Below, piece by piece: positions 27,549 through 37,899 of a stretch of 64,000 nucleotides of DNA; position 1 is the first letter of the stretch; each line of letters starts with the position of its first letter. This DNA is from an uncultured Candidatus Rokubacteria bacterium (lineage in GTDB: Bacteria; Methylomirabilota; Methylomirabilia; Rokubacteriales; CSP1-6). Under the pieces are notes generated by a model. That model had not been told where the DNA came from and did no database searches. It worked only from the letters and a program-made list of their open reading frames with translations. The position numbers were made by a program, and so were the translations under genes. Location of the stretch: positions 1 through 64,000 of the forward strand of contig CAVXJS010000021.1 in the NCBI GenBank assembly GCA_963762145.1, read 5' to 3'.

Positions 27549-28072
27549 CCCGGCGGACGCTCGGCGCCGCCGCCGTCGTGGCCACCGCCATGCTGGCCAC
27601 GATCATGATGGCCGGCTGCGGCACTCCCACCCTCACCGTGCGCGGGCAGTCCGAAGCGCAGATCCTCAAGGATCGTGCCGAGTGCATCCCGTTCGTGCAG
27701 GCGCACATCGAGACGACCCCCGAGCTGGCCGAGGCCGCGTGCCTCGTGAATCGCGGCTACCGCGCGCCGCTCCCGCTCGCCCAGGGTCCCGGCGTGATCG
27801 GCGCGCTCTACGCCACCGCCGCCAACCGGGACGCGGCCGTGATCGTGGCGGACTTCCAGGGCTGTCGCGTCGAGGCCTTCAACACCCCGATGCCCGAGCA
27901 CAAGGAGCTCAAGACCTCCTCGGGCGTCGTCTCGAACTTCTTCGCCCAGCAGTTCCCGCGCGGCTTCTGGAAGAAGGCGATCACCCCCGACCAGTGGGCG
28001 CTCCAGACGTTCGCGGCGTGTCTGAATCGCCGCGGCTACACCGTCTCGGACGTCACGCCCATCAGCAGCTAG
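27545..28072 (+). CDS. Hypothetical lipoprotein with a duplicated Cys motif
   Basis: GTGA overlap with livM stop; lipobox MMAGC; two D...C...ACL..RGY units. Confidence 0.7.
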   Translation: MTRRTLGAAAVVATAMLATIMMAGCGTPTLTVRGQSEAQILKDRAECIPFVQAHIETTPELAEAACLVNRGYRAPLPLAQGPGVIGALYATAANRDAAVIVADFQGCRVEAFNTPMPEHKELKTSSGVVSNFFAQQFPRGFWKKAITPDQWALQTFAACLNRRGYTVSDVTPISS

Positions 28073-28200
28073 CGCGCGGAACGCTCCTCGAGCAGCAGCT
28101 TCACCGCCCGTTCTTCCTCCTGGTCCGCGAGAAGGACGAACAGGAATATCCGGTCGCCGATGAGCCGCGCGTCGAGGAGCGCCACCACCGTGGGCGTGAT
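28069..28200 (-). pseudogene. C-terminal remnant of a paralog of the small secreted protein at 31897-32240
   Basis: Reads ITPTVVALLDARLIGDRIFLFVLLADQEEERAVKLLLEERSAR*, matching FRPTLVSLREAKLVGDRIYLFVLLADADGER of the paralog. Confidence 0.7.
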
Positions 28201-28470
28201 TCGACTGACCGCTCATCGTCGTCGATTCGATGTGCTCGATGTTGTCCACCGTCGTCGTCAGGACCCGCTCGAATCCGGTGGTGATGCGTCCCTCCATCTC
28301 CTCCGGATTCAGACCGGTGAACTGCCAGGCCACCGCGATCACCGGATGTCGATATTCGGGAAGATGTCGGTGGGGGTACGCAGGATCACCACCGGGCTCA
28401 TGATGAGAATCAGCAGGGCGAGGACGATGAACGTGTACGGCCGATCGAGCGCGACCCGGACGATCCACAT
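28201..28470 (-). pseudogene. Truncated RND efflux permease (AcrB/CusA superfamily), N-terminal ~90 aa only
   Basis: MWIVRVALDRPYTFIVLALLI...TPTDIFPNIDI(P)VIAVAWQFTGLNPEEMEGRIT...TTVDNIEHIES; homology then stops abruptly. Confidence 0.85.
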
Positions 28471-28585
28471 GGCACTTCTCTTGACGCGGCGAGTGAGCGG
28501 TCGGTTGCTGAAAAAGACTATCGGATTCCTGCGGATATTTCGGAGTGACCGGAGGCAGCTCGAGAGAGCTGTCGCGCGCGGACGG

Positions 28586-30100
28586 TCAGGCCGCCGCCCG
28601 GGTGCGGCTGCGCAGGGCCTGCCGGAGCGCCCGCACCGTGGGGACGGCGACGGCAGAGAGCGCGAGCAGGGTCAGCACCGCGGAGATGGGCCGCATCAGG
28701 AAGATCGCGACGCCGGCGTCCGAGATGATGAGCGATTGCCGGAGCGCGCGCTCCGCGAGCGGACCCAGGACGAGGGCCAGAGTGAGCGCGGCCGGGGAGT
28801 AGTCGAGCTTCTTCATGACGTAGCCGAGCACGCCGAAGACCAGCATCACGCCCACGTCCCACACCTTGTTGTTGAGCGAGTAGGCGCCGGTGACGCAGAA
28901 GATGATGATCAGCGGCATGAGGACGCTATAAGGGATGCGAAGAGCCCGGACGAACATGGGGATGAAGGCGATGTTGAGCACGAGGAGCATCACGTTGGCG
29001 ATGTATAGCGAGGCGATGAGGCCCCAGACGAAGTCGGGGTTCTTCTCGAAGAGCAGCGGGCCCGGCCGGAGGCCCCACATCATGAGCCCGCCCAGCATCA
29101 CGGCGGTGGTGGCAGAGCCGGGGATGCCGAGGGTCAGCATCGGCACCATAGCCGCCGCCGAGGCGGCGTTGTTCGCCGACTCCGGCGCCGCCACCCCCTC
29201 GATCGCGCCGCGCCCGAACTCCTCGGGGTGCTTCGACACCTTCTTCTCGAGCGCGTAGGCCAGGAACGAGGCGATGGTGGGGCCCGCCCCGGGCAGCACG
29301 CCGATGAAGAAGCCGAGCGCCGTGCCGCGCGCGATGGCCCACGCGGCTGCGCGCCCAGTCGGCGGCGGTGAGCATCACGTCGCGGATTCCGTATCGGGCT
29401 CTTCAGGATCCGCATGTCGGTGGCCTGCTCCGCGCCGACCAGCACCTCCCCCAGCCCGAAGAGCCCGATGGCCACGGGCAGGAACTCCACCCCGTCCAGC
29501 AGCTCGTTGATGCCGAAGGCGTAGCGCGCGTCGCCCGAGATGATGTCGAACCCCATCATGGCGAGCATCAGCCCGAACACCATGCTCATGTAGCCCTTGA
29601 GCGCGTTGTCGCCGGTGAGCCCGGTCACCGTGGTGAGGCCCAACAGCATGAGGGCGAAGGTCTCGGGCGGGCCGAACGACAGCGCCCAGCGCGCGAGCAG
29701 CGGCGACATCAACATCAGCAGCACGACGCCGACGGTGCCGGCGACGAAGGAGCCGATGGCGGCGACGCCGAGGGCCGGCCCCGCGCGCCCCTGCAGCGCC
29801 ATCTGGTAGCCGTCGATGCAGGTGACCACCGAGGCGGACTCGCCCGGGCGTGTTGATGAGCACGGAGGTGATGGTGCCGCCGTACATGGAGCCGGCGTAG
29901 AGCGCCGCGAGCATGATGATGCCGGAGACGGGGTCCATGCCGAAGGTGAGCGGCAGGAGGAGCGCGACGCCCGAGACCGGGCCGACCCCCGGCAGGGCGC
30001 CGATCAGGGTGCCGAGCGTCACCCCCGCCACCGCCATGAGCAGGTTGAACGGCGTGAAGGCGATGGAGAAGCCGAGCGAGAGGTTGGCGAAGAAGTCCAT
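28586..30100 (-). CDS. tctA: Tripartite tricarboxylate transporter large permease TctA; frameshifted
   Basis: GTLIGALPG, YGGTITSVLINTPG, DGYQMA, GVAAPESANNA, LTLGIPGS. Confidence 0.88.
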
Positions 30101-30556
30101 CAGAAGCCCAGCACGCCCGGGGGAAGGGCACCCGCAACCAGTGGGTGAAGACGAGGTAGTTGACGGCGGCGGTCGCCGACGGCGATGGCGAGGGTGGACC
30201 GCCAGCGCATGCGCTCGACAAAGCGGAGGATCGCGACGAGGAACAGCACGGTACCCACCACCATCCCCACGATCTTCAGGACGACCACCAATCCGGCGGT
30301 CACGCCGAGCACTGCCACCAGCGCGGCGCAACCCGGCGCCCACCGGGAGCCAGCGGGCGCCGGGTCGGCCCGCTCGCCGGGTCCCGAGCACGAGCCCGGC
30401 GGCCAGAACCGCCATCGCGAGCCCGAGCCAGAAGGGCAGGAAACCCGAGCCGGGGCCGGTGGGCCCCCAGTAGGTGTACTTCCAGAGCGCCATCCCCGAG
30501 AAGGCCACGCCGAGCAAGAGCAGCCCGGCGCCGGCGATCTGGTCCGCGCGCCGCAC
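30100..30556 (-). CDS. tctB: Tripartite tricarboxylate transporter small permease TctB; frameshifted
   Basis: GPGSGFLPFW...YLVFTHWLRVPFP; located between tctC and tctA. Confidence 0.8.
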
Positions 30557-30561
30557 GCGCG

Positions 30562-31545
30562 CTACTTCTTCTTCAGTGCGCCCAGATCGCCGAGCGCCTT
30601 CTCGTACTTGGCGTTGAGGCCGTCGAGGTACTTGTTGGCCTCCTCCCCGGCCCACGCGGTCGGCGTCAGGAGGTTGCGCTTGATGTACTGCTCCTGCCAC
30701 TTCTTGCTCTCGGTCACCTTCTTGAGCGTGTCCTGCCACCACTTCACCGCCTCGGGCTCATGTCCGCCGGCCCGACCACCCCGCGCAACTGCTCCCAGAA
30801 GAACTCGTAGCCCCGCTCCGAGAAGGTCGGCACGTCGGCCGCGTCGGCGAGCCGCTTGCGGGAGGCCACCGCCAGGTTGCGCGCCTTCTTGGCCTCGATC
30901 TGGGCCACGATCTCGTTGGGGTTCTCCACCGCCGCGTCGATGTGCCCGCCCATCAGCGCGGTGGTGACCTCACCGCCGGAGTTGAAGGGCACGTACTTCA
31001 CCTTGATCTTGGCCGCCTGCTCGAAGAGATAGGGGAAGATGTGGTCCTCGGTATTCGTCCCGGTGCCGCCCACGGTCAGTACGCTCGGCTTCTCCCGCGC
31101 GGCCTTGACGAAGTCGTCGATGGTCTTGAAGGGCGATTCCGTCCGCACCGACAGCATGAGGTCGTCGATGGCCACGATCATGAGGATCGGTCATGACGTC
31201 GCGATGGTCGCCCGGAAGGCGCCCTTCCAGCTTCCCGGACACGACCATGGGCGTGGCGCCCGCCACCACGTGGGAGTCGCCCTTCTTGCCGATCAGGTAG
31301 GTGTAGCCGACCGCGCCGCTGCCGCCCGTGCGGTTGTTGACGTTGATCGGCACCGGCGACCACTTGTTCTCCTCGATGATGCCCATGATCATTCGCATGA
31401 GGTTGTCGGTACCGCCGCCGGGCGCATAAGGCACGACCACCTCGATGGTCTTCGCCGGGTACTTGGCCTGGGCGACCGCGAGCGCGGCGAGCCCGGGGAG
31501 GAGCATGGCGAGGGCGCAGAGCAGGGCGAGCGTACGGGTCTTCAT
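30562..31545 (-). CDS. tctC: Tripartite tricarboxylate transporter substrate-binding protein TctC (Bug family); frameshifted
   Basis: YPAKTIEVVVPYAPGGGTD, GGSGAVG, VPFNSGGE, DVPTFSE. Confidence 0.88.
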
Positions 31546-31577
31546 TTGGTCTTCCCTCCTGGTTTCGTCCCGCGTTG

Positions 31578-31677
31578 ATCGACGCCCTTGGCCCTCGACG
31601 GTCTGTCTCGGTGTACGCGAGCTCGGTCAGGTTCTCCTCGGCGTTCTGGCCGAGGAGCGGCGCCGCCGCGGCGAAGC
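31578..31677 (-). pseudogene. Probable C-terminal remnant of a CaiB/BaiF (family III) CoA transferase
   Basis: APLLGQNAEENLTELAYTETD...(shift)RAKGV resembles the typical APLLGEHTxEVLxELGY...RAKGVI end. Confidence 0.5.
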
Positions 31678-31896
31678 GTACACTAGCACGATCCGCAGCC
31701 GGATACATCCTCGGCCGACCCGCACCGCGAGGAGGTCCCGGGGATACGGGCGGCAATCAGGACGCGCTCGGCACCCGCGATGGACCGATCATGGATTCCT
31801 CCTCGTCACATCCCCTGGTGCCGACCCGAGCCCGTTGGCGATCGCCCCGATCGCATAGCGGTGCCGGCGCACACGGCTCGTGAGGTCCACGGCGCC

Positions 31897-32240
31897 TCAG
31901 CGCGCGTCCAGGCCCGGCTGCACCGCGTCGGCGGCCTTCATCCTCGATCTCCGCTCTCCGTCGGCATCCGCCAGCAGCACGAACAGGTAGATCCGGTCGC
32001 CGACGAGCTTGGCTTCCCGGAGCGAGACCAGCGTCGGCCTGAACCTGACCGCGTGGCTCGCGAGGTCGTCCACCGCCGCTTCGATCTCCTTCTCGAGCGC
32101 CGCCTTGTCCCGGGTCTGGTTCGCCGGGATCCAGGTGAGTGCCTCGATGACGTAGGCGCCGGCGGGGCCGGCCGTCGTCAGCAGGCCGAGGCCGAGAACC
32201 GCCACGGGACGATGGCAGCCTTTTGTCGTACCTCACTCAT
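31897..32240 (-). CDS. Small secreted hypothetical protein; probable frameshift near the 5' end
   Basis: GGAGG SD and ATG at 32240; signal-like AVLGLGLLTTAGPAGA; paralogous fragment at 28069-28200. Confidence 0.6.
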
Positions 32241-32347
32241 GGATGACCTCCGGAGATGTGGGGTGGTGCTCGTTTCTGCTAGGACGAACCGCAGGGCACC
32301 CGCGCGTTGTCGGTGCGGCTTTCCGCAAGAACTCGACAGCGAGGAGG

Positions 32348-33046
32348 CTAGAAGCGGGGCTCCCGGTGACGCACGAGCCCGTTGACCACGACCGCCACCA
32401 CACAGACGAAGGGCAGCCAGGCCAGCAGGGAGGACGATCGCGCCTGAAGCACGGTGCCGATCAGCGCCCCCGCGCCGTACACGAGGAAGACCGACGCCAG
32501 GAGTCGCAAATGCCGCGTGGCCGAGCCGGTCACGAGCTCGGCCATCAGGCTGGTGAGCGTGCCCGTGATGTAGGTGGACGCGACCCCCGGGACCCCCAGA
32601 TGCCGGACCGCCGCCGCCTGGATCCCCATCGCGAGCCCCGACAGCGCGATCAGCACGAGGATCACCGGGTCGTCGGAGGGGGCCGCGGCGCCCTTGACCC
32701 GCCACATCAGCGCGAAGATACCCAGCGCCACCGCCTCGATCGCCAGCGTGGCCGTCACGATCGACGGCCATTCACCCCGCGCGCGCCCACGCTGGAGCAC
32801 CATCGCCCCGCCGGCCGCGCCCACGCTGAAGGCCACGAGGGCGAGGGTGGACCGGAGCGCGGCCATGACCTCGCCCTGACCGATCGCGAGGGCCAGCAGC
32901 ACCGTGTTCCCGGTCATCATCGCGGTGAACACGTGGCCCATCTCCAGATAGCTGATCGCGTCCACGAGCCCGGCCGCGGCCGTGAGCACGAGCAGCATGA
33001 TGTCGCGGCTCGCGATCCGCTCGGGGAGCGGCTCGATCACGGTCAT
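32348..33046 (-). CDS. YoaK/DUF1275 family membrane protein
   Basis: AAGLVDAISYL, VFTAMMTGN, LAMGIQ, STYITGTLT. Confidence 0.88.
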   Translation of the reverse strand: MTVIEPLPERIASRDIMLLVLTAAAGLVDAISYLEMGHVFTAMMTGNTVLLALAIGQGEVMAALRSTLALVAFSVGAAGGAMVLQRGRARGEWPSIVTATLAIEAVALGIFALMWRVKGAAAPSDDPVILVLIALSGLAMGIQAAAVRHLGVPGVASTYITGTLTSLMAELVTGSATRHLRLLASVFLVYGAGALIGTVLQARSSSLLAWLPFVCVVAVVVNGLVRHREPRF

Positions 33047-33108
33047 CCTGTCACTCTACTCTCTCTCACCCGGATCGCTCTAGATCGGCGTGATATCGTC
33101 CTCCTGGT

Positions 33109-33748
33109 ATGGAGTCGACGGCGCCGGTCATCTTCGTCGTCGACGACGACAAGGCCGTCCGCGACTCCCTCCGGCGACTCCTGACCTCGGTGGGGCTGAC
33201 GCGTCGAGGTCTTCCCGACCGCGCAGGCGTTTCTGAGCAGCCCGCGGCCCGACACGCCGGGATGCCTCGTGCTCGACGTGCGCCTCCCGGGGCTGAGCGG
33301 CCTCGATCTTCAGCGCGAGCTGGCCGGCACCGACGCGCCGCTGCCGATCGTCTTCATCACCGGCCACGGCGACATCCCCATGTCGGTCCGGGCCATGAAG
33401 GCCGGGGCGGTCGAGTTCCTGACCAAGCCGTTTCGCGAGCAGGAGCTGCTCGAAGCCATCCGGCAGGCGATCGAGCGCGATCGCGTCGGCCGACAGGAGC
33501 GGCAGGAGCTCGCCGAGCTGCGCCGCCGCTACGACTACCCTGACCCCGCGCGAGCGGGAGGTGATGGCCGGCGTCGTCGCCGGCCTGCTCAACAAGCAGA
33601 TCGCCGGCCGAGTTCGGGACCAGCGAGGCCACCGTCAAGGAGCAGCGCGGTCAGGTGATGCACGAAGATGCGGGCCGGGTCGGTGGCCGAGCTGGTCCGG
33701 ATCGCGGCGCGCCTCGGCATCACGCCGTCGCGCGCGGGGAGCGCGTGA
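33109..33748 (+). CDS. FixJ/NodW-like response regulator (REC + LuxR HTH); frameshifted
   Basis: [56 protein letters not shown]. Confidence 0.87.
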
Positions 33749-35339
33749 ATGGCCGATCGCGCCGGCTCCGACGCGCCGCCTCGCCGCTCTCGCTCCGATG
33801 GGCGCTGGCGGTGGTCAGCGTCAGGGTGGCCGCCGCGCTCACCACCGGCCCGCGGGGCAGCGCAGCTCTTTCCCGAGCCGCCGGAGCGCTTCGTCCACGG
33901 CGTCACCCTGCTCTACGCGGCAGCCGTGCTGAGTGCCTGGCTCGGCGGGATCGGGCCGGGGCTGCTCGCGGCCCTCCTCGCCGCGCTCGTGGTGGACTGG
34001 TTCATCACCCCCCCGCTCTACGCGATCACGTTCGACCTCGACTTCATCCTGCGCATCGCCGTCTTCGCGCTGTCGGCCCTTCTCGTCGGCTGGCTGGGCT
34101 CCCGTCGCCGCCGCATGGAGGATGCGCTCCGGTATTCACGCGACGAGCTCGAGCTCCGGGTCCAGGCGAGGACCGCGGACCTCACGGACAGCAACGCGCG
34201 ACTGCAGGCCGAGATCACGGCCCGGGCGCGCGTGGAAGAGACGCTCCGGGATCAGGCCGCGCTGCTCGATCTGACCCACGACACCGTCTTCGTCCGCGAC
34301 GAGCAGGACGTCATCACCTACTGGAACCGCGGCGCGGAGCAGCTCTACGGGTGGACGAAGGCGGAGGCGATCGGCACGGTGGCGCACACCCGGATGCGGA
34401 CGGTCTTCCCCGCCCCGCTCCCCGACATCATGGCCGAGCTGACGCGCACCGGGCGCTGGGAAGGCGAGCTCGTCCACACGCGGCGCGACGGGACGCCGGT
34501 CGTGGTGGCCAGCCGCTGGTCCCTGCGGCGCGGCGCGCCCGGGCGGGCCCCGGCGATCCTCGAGACGAACAACGACATCACCGAGCGCAAGCAGGCCGAG
34601 GACGCCCTGCACCAGGCCAGACCGAGCTCGCGCGCGTGACCCGCGTGACGACGCTGGGCGAGCTGGCCGCCTCGATCGCGCACGAGATCAACCAGCCCCT
34701 CGCCGCCATCGTCGCCGACGCGAGCGCCTGCCTGCACTGGCTCGACGCCGACCCGCCCGCGCTCGGCCAGGTCCGCGGGCGCCCTCGCCGCCATCGTGGA
34801 CGACGGAGACCGCGCGGCGGAAGTTCTCACCCGGATCCGCGCCCTGCTGGCCCGCTCGGCGGTGGCCCGGCGACCGTGGCCGATCGGCGCAGATCATCGC
34901 CGACGTGCTGCCCCTCGTCCGCGCCGAGCTCCGACGGCACGCGATCGCGCTCGAGGTGTCTCTGGCCGCGGACCTGCCCCCGGTGCTGGCCGATCGCATC
35001 CAGCTCCAGCAGGTGCTCATCAACCTGCTCGTCAACGCGGCCGAGGCCATGCGCGACGTCCCGGCCCGCGCGGCGACGGCTCGTCGTCCGCGCGCGCGGC
35101 CGAGGCCATCGACGGTCACGCCTGGGCAGTCGTCACGGTCGAGGACGCGGGCGTCGGGCCTCGGGGAGCTCGAGGCCGATCGCCTCTTCGAGCCGTTCTT
35201 CACGACGAAGCCGGGCGGCCTCGGCATGGGCCTCTCCATCAGCCGCTCGATCGTCGAGAGCCACGGCGGTCGCCTCTGGGCCACCGCGAACCCGGAGCAC
35301 GGCGCGACGTTCCACCTCGCGCTGCCGGGCGGCGCCTGA
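33749..35339 (+). CDS. PAS-domain sensor histidine kinase (FixL/NodV-like, DUF4118-type TM input); frameshifted
   Basis: TM region; PAS ([12 protein letters not shown]...NDITERK); [15 protein letters not shown] (H box); [11 protein letters not shown]; [18 protein letters not shown]. Confidence 0.87.
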
Positions 35340-35378
35340 TCCACGCCCCCGCTGCCCGCGGCCCGAAGACCGCAGACT

Positions 35379-35753
35379 TTACTTGGGCGCGAGGACCGGT
35401 GGGCTGTTGAGCGAGTCCGGCGTGGATCGACCGGATCTCGATCCGACCGCTCCGCTCGGGTCGGGGACCGGCCCACCCCGGTACGGCGTGAGCCGCCTGT
35501 TCGCCTCGCCGATGCGGCGATACTCGTCGTCGCGCTGCTTCGTCTTCCGCGCCTCTTCACTCAACCCGGGCTTGCCGGCGCCGGTCGGCCCGATCCAGAC
35601 CGCCGCGTCCCGGTACACCGCGGGAACGTCCACCTTGTACTGCGTGGTCTTGGTGACGCCCTTGGCGTCGACGTACTGGTACTGGGCGGCCGCCTGCCCA
35701 CAGGAGAGCAAGAGGCTCGCGCCGAGTCCTACCGTCAAGACGAGCGTTCTCAT
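35379..35753 (-). CDS. Small secreted hypothetical protein (DUF4124-like N-terminus)
   Basis: GAGGAG SD; signal peptide then QYQYVDAKG...VPAVYR. Confidence 0.65.
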   Translation of the reverse strand: MRTLVLTVGLGASLLLSCGQAAAQYQYVDAKGVTKTTQYKVDVPAVYRDAAVWIGPTGAGKPGLSEEARKTKQRDDEYRRIGEANRRLTPYRGGPVPDPSGAVGSRSGRSTPDSLNSPPVLAPK

Positions 35754-35798
35754 GGTGGTCTTCTCCTCGGGCAGATCGATCCGGGTGATGGAGGACGC

Positions 35799-35814
35799 AG
35801 CAATTCCAGGGCCA
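35799..35814 (-). promoter_or_regulatory. Sigma54 (-24/-12) promoter for the 35379-35753 gene
   Basis: Minus strand TGGCCCTGGAATTGCT = GG-N10-GC, close to consensus TGGCAC-N5-TTGC. Confidence 0.6.
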
Positions 35815-35961
35815 CCGGACAGCGACATACAATCGGTCGCTTGCGCGGCCGTGGTGTCGACCGGCTGACGCCCGCGGTCACGACACTGACCGCCCAGGGC
35901 ACGCAGCGCGCAGCGCCGCCGCGGCTTGCGCCCCATTGGGCGAGAGATGATAATCCCCCGC

Positions 35962-36873
35962 ATGGCGAAGTGGCGGGTGTGCCCGGACGAGGAGCCGTCC
36001 AAGGCGGCGGCGGCGCTGGCGGACCAGGTCGAGCGCGACGGCGGCACGGTGCTCGCCATCTATCGCGAGCCGGTGGGCGATCACTGGCAGATCTTCTGCC
36101 TGCTGCCGCTCGAGAAGGTGGAGCCCACGCCCTACCAGCGCGACCTCTCGCCCACCCACGCCAAGCGGCTGCAGGAGGTGGTCAAGAAGATCGACCGCTT
36201 CGTGGATCCGATCGGTGGTCATGTCGCCGCAGGCCCGGCGTCTACTGGACGCCCAACGGCCACCACCGGCGCACGGCGCTGAGAAGCTCAAGGCAAGGTC
36301 GTGCCCGGCCATCCTGATCCCCGAGCCGGAGGTGGCCTTCCAGATCCTCGCCCTCAACACCGAGAAGGCGCACAACCTCAAGGAGAAGTCGCTCGAGGTG
36401 ATCCGCATGTACCGCGGCCTCGCCGAGGAGCAGCCGCAGTCGGGCGAGGAGGACTACGCCTTCCAGTTCGAGGCGCCCGCACTTCATCACGCTGGGCCTG
36501 CTCTACGAGGAGAACAAGCGCTTCGCGGGCGGCGCCTTCGCGCCGATCCTGCGGCGGGTGGACAAGTTCCTGAAGGGCCGCTTCGCGAAGACGCTCGGCC
36601 GAGCGCGAGGAGCGCGCGGCGCTGGTGCGCGACGCCGACGAGGCGCTCGTCGGGGCGGTCGCCGCGCTCAAGAAGCGCGGGATCAACCATCCCTACGTGA
36701 AGAACTACGTGCTCGCGCGCACCACGCCGCTGACGCGCGCGCGCAAGACGCTGCCCTCCTTCGAGCAGACCTTCACGAAGCTCGTCGAGAACATCGAGGC
36801 CTTCGACGTCGCCAAGGTGCGCTACGAGGACGTCCAGCGCTCCGCCATCATGGGCGCGCCCGCGGCGGGCTAG
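35962..36873 (+). CDS. ParB/Srx N-terminal domain protein (orphan); frameshifted
   Basis: VEPTPYQRDLS, DPIV, WTPNGHHRR (GxxR-like motif), ALNTEKAHNLKEK. No parA is nearby. Confidence 0.75.
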
Positions 36874-36882
36874 GCCCTCGCC

Positions 36883-37194
36883 ATGCCCCGGCCCGCCAAG
36901 CTCGCCGACGCGGAGGTGACGCAGCGCCTGGCCGCTCTGCCCGGGTGGCGGCTCGAGGGCGGCAAGCTTCACCGCGAGCTCACCTTCGCGGACTTCACGC
37001 AGGCCTTCGCCTTCATGACCGACGTGGCCCGCGAGGCGGACGGGCTCGATCATCATCCGGAGTGGTTCAACGTGTACAACCGCGTGGTCATCGATCTCGC
37101 CACCCACGACGCCGCGGGCATCACCACCCTCGACTTCGAGCTGGCCCGGCGGGTCGAGGAGCTGGCCGCCGGCCGCGCCCGGCCCGCGCCGTGA
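36883..37194 (+). CDS. Pterin-4-alpha-carbinolamine dehydratase
   Basis: DHHPEWFNVYNRV...THDAAGIT. Confidence 0.92.
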   Translation: MPRPAKLADAEVTQRLAALPGWRLEGGKLHRELTFADFTQAFAFMTDVAREADGLDHHPEWFNVYNRVVIDLATHDAAGITTLDFELARRVEELAAGRARPAP

Positions 37195-37886
37195 CCGGCC
37201 GCGTCGCGGTCGTGACCGGGGGTACCGGCGCGCTGGGCCAGGCGATCACCACCAACCTGCTCGAGGCCGGCGGGACGGTGGCCATTCCCTACGCGGTGCC
37301 CGAGGAGCTCGCCGGGCTCGAATCGCGTCTGGCCCCCGAGCTGCGCGCGCGCCTGCTCGCCCTGCCCGCCGACGTCACGCGCGAGGACGCGATGGGCAAG
37401 TTCGTCCACGCGGTGCGCGACCGGCACGACCGGGTCGACGGCCTCGTCAACGCGGTGGGCGGCTTCGCGGGGGGCGACCTCCTCTCCACATCCATGGCGG
37501 AGTGGGAGCGCATGATGGCGCTCAACCTCACCTCCGCCGTCATCGCCTGCCGGGCGGTGCTGCCGGCCATGATCGCGGGGGGTGGTGGCCGCGTCGTCAA
37601 CATCGCCTCGCGCGCGGTGCTGGCCCCGCAGGGCGGCTTCATCGCCTACACCGTGTCCAAGGCGGGCATGATCACGCTCACCCAGGCGCTCGCCCAGGAG
37701 ATGAAGAAGCACCGGATCACCGTCAACGCGGTGCTCCCGAGCACGATGGACACGCCGGGCAATCGCCTCGCCATGCCCGACGCGGATCGCTCCGAGTGGG
37801 TCCGCACCGAGGACGTCGCCCACGTGGTGGCCTTCCTGCTCTCCGAGCGGGCCGCCGCGGTCACCGGCGCTTCCCTGACCGTCTGA
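37191..37886 (+). CDS. SDR family oxidoreductase
   Basis: VVTGGTGALG, YTVSK, NAVLPSTMDT. Confidence 0.9.
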   Translation: MTGRVAVVTGGTGALGQAITTNLLEAGGTVAIPYAVPEELAGLESRLAPELRARLLALPADVTREDAMGKFVHAVRDRHDRVDGLVNAVGGFAGGDLLSTSMAEWERMMALNLTSAVIACRAVLPAMIAGGGGRVVNIASRAVLAPQGGFIAYTVSKAGMITLTQALAQEMKKHRITVNAVLPSTMDTPGNRLAMPDADRSEWVRTEDVAHVVAFLLSERAAAVTGASLTV

Positions 37887-37899
37887 CCCGGGTCGCGGG

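Noticed and set aside
28503-28516. GGTTGCTGAAAAAG resembling an IS/MITE terminal repeat
   Set aside because: No matching second end or transposase was found, and the match is too short to support.
32305-32342. GAAA-loop hairpin downstream of yoaK as a c-di-GMP riboswitch
   Set aside because: It lacks the GCAAA/GYAA core and the second stem of the c-di-GMP-I aptamer; more likely a simple stem-loop.
35962-36873. Chromosome or plasmid partition locus
   Set aside because: No parA and no parS-like palindrome nearby; the neighbours are metabolic genes.
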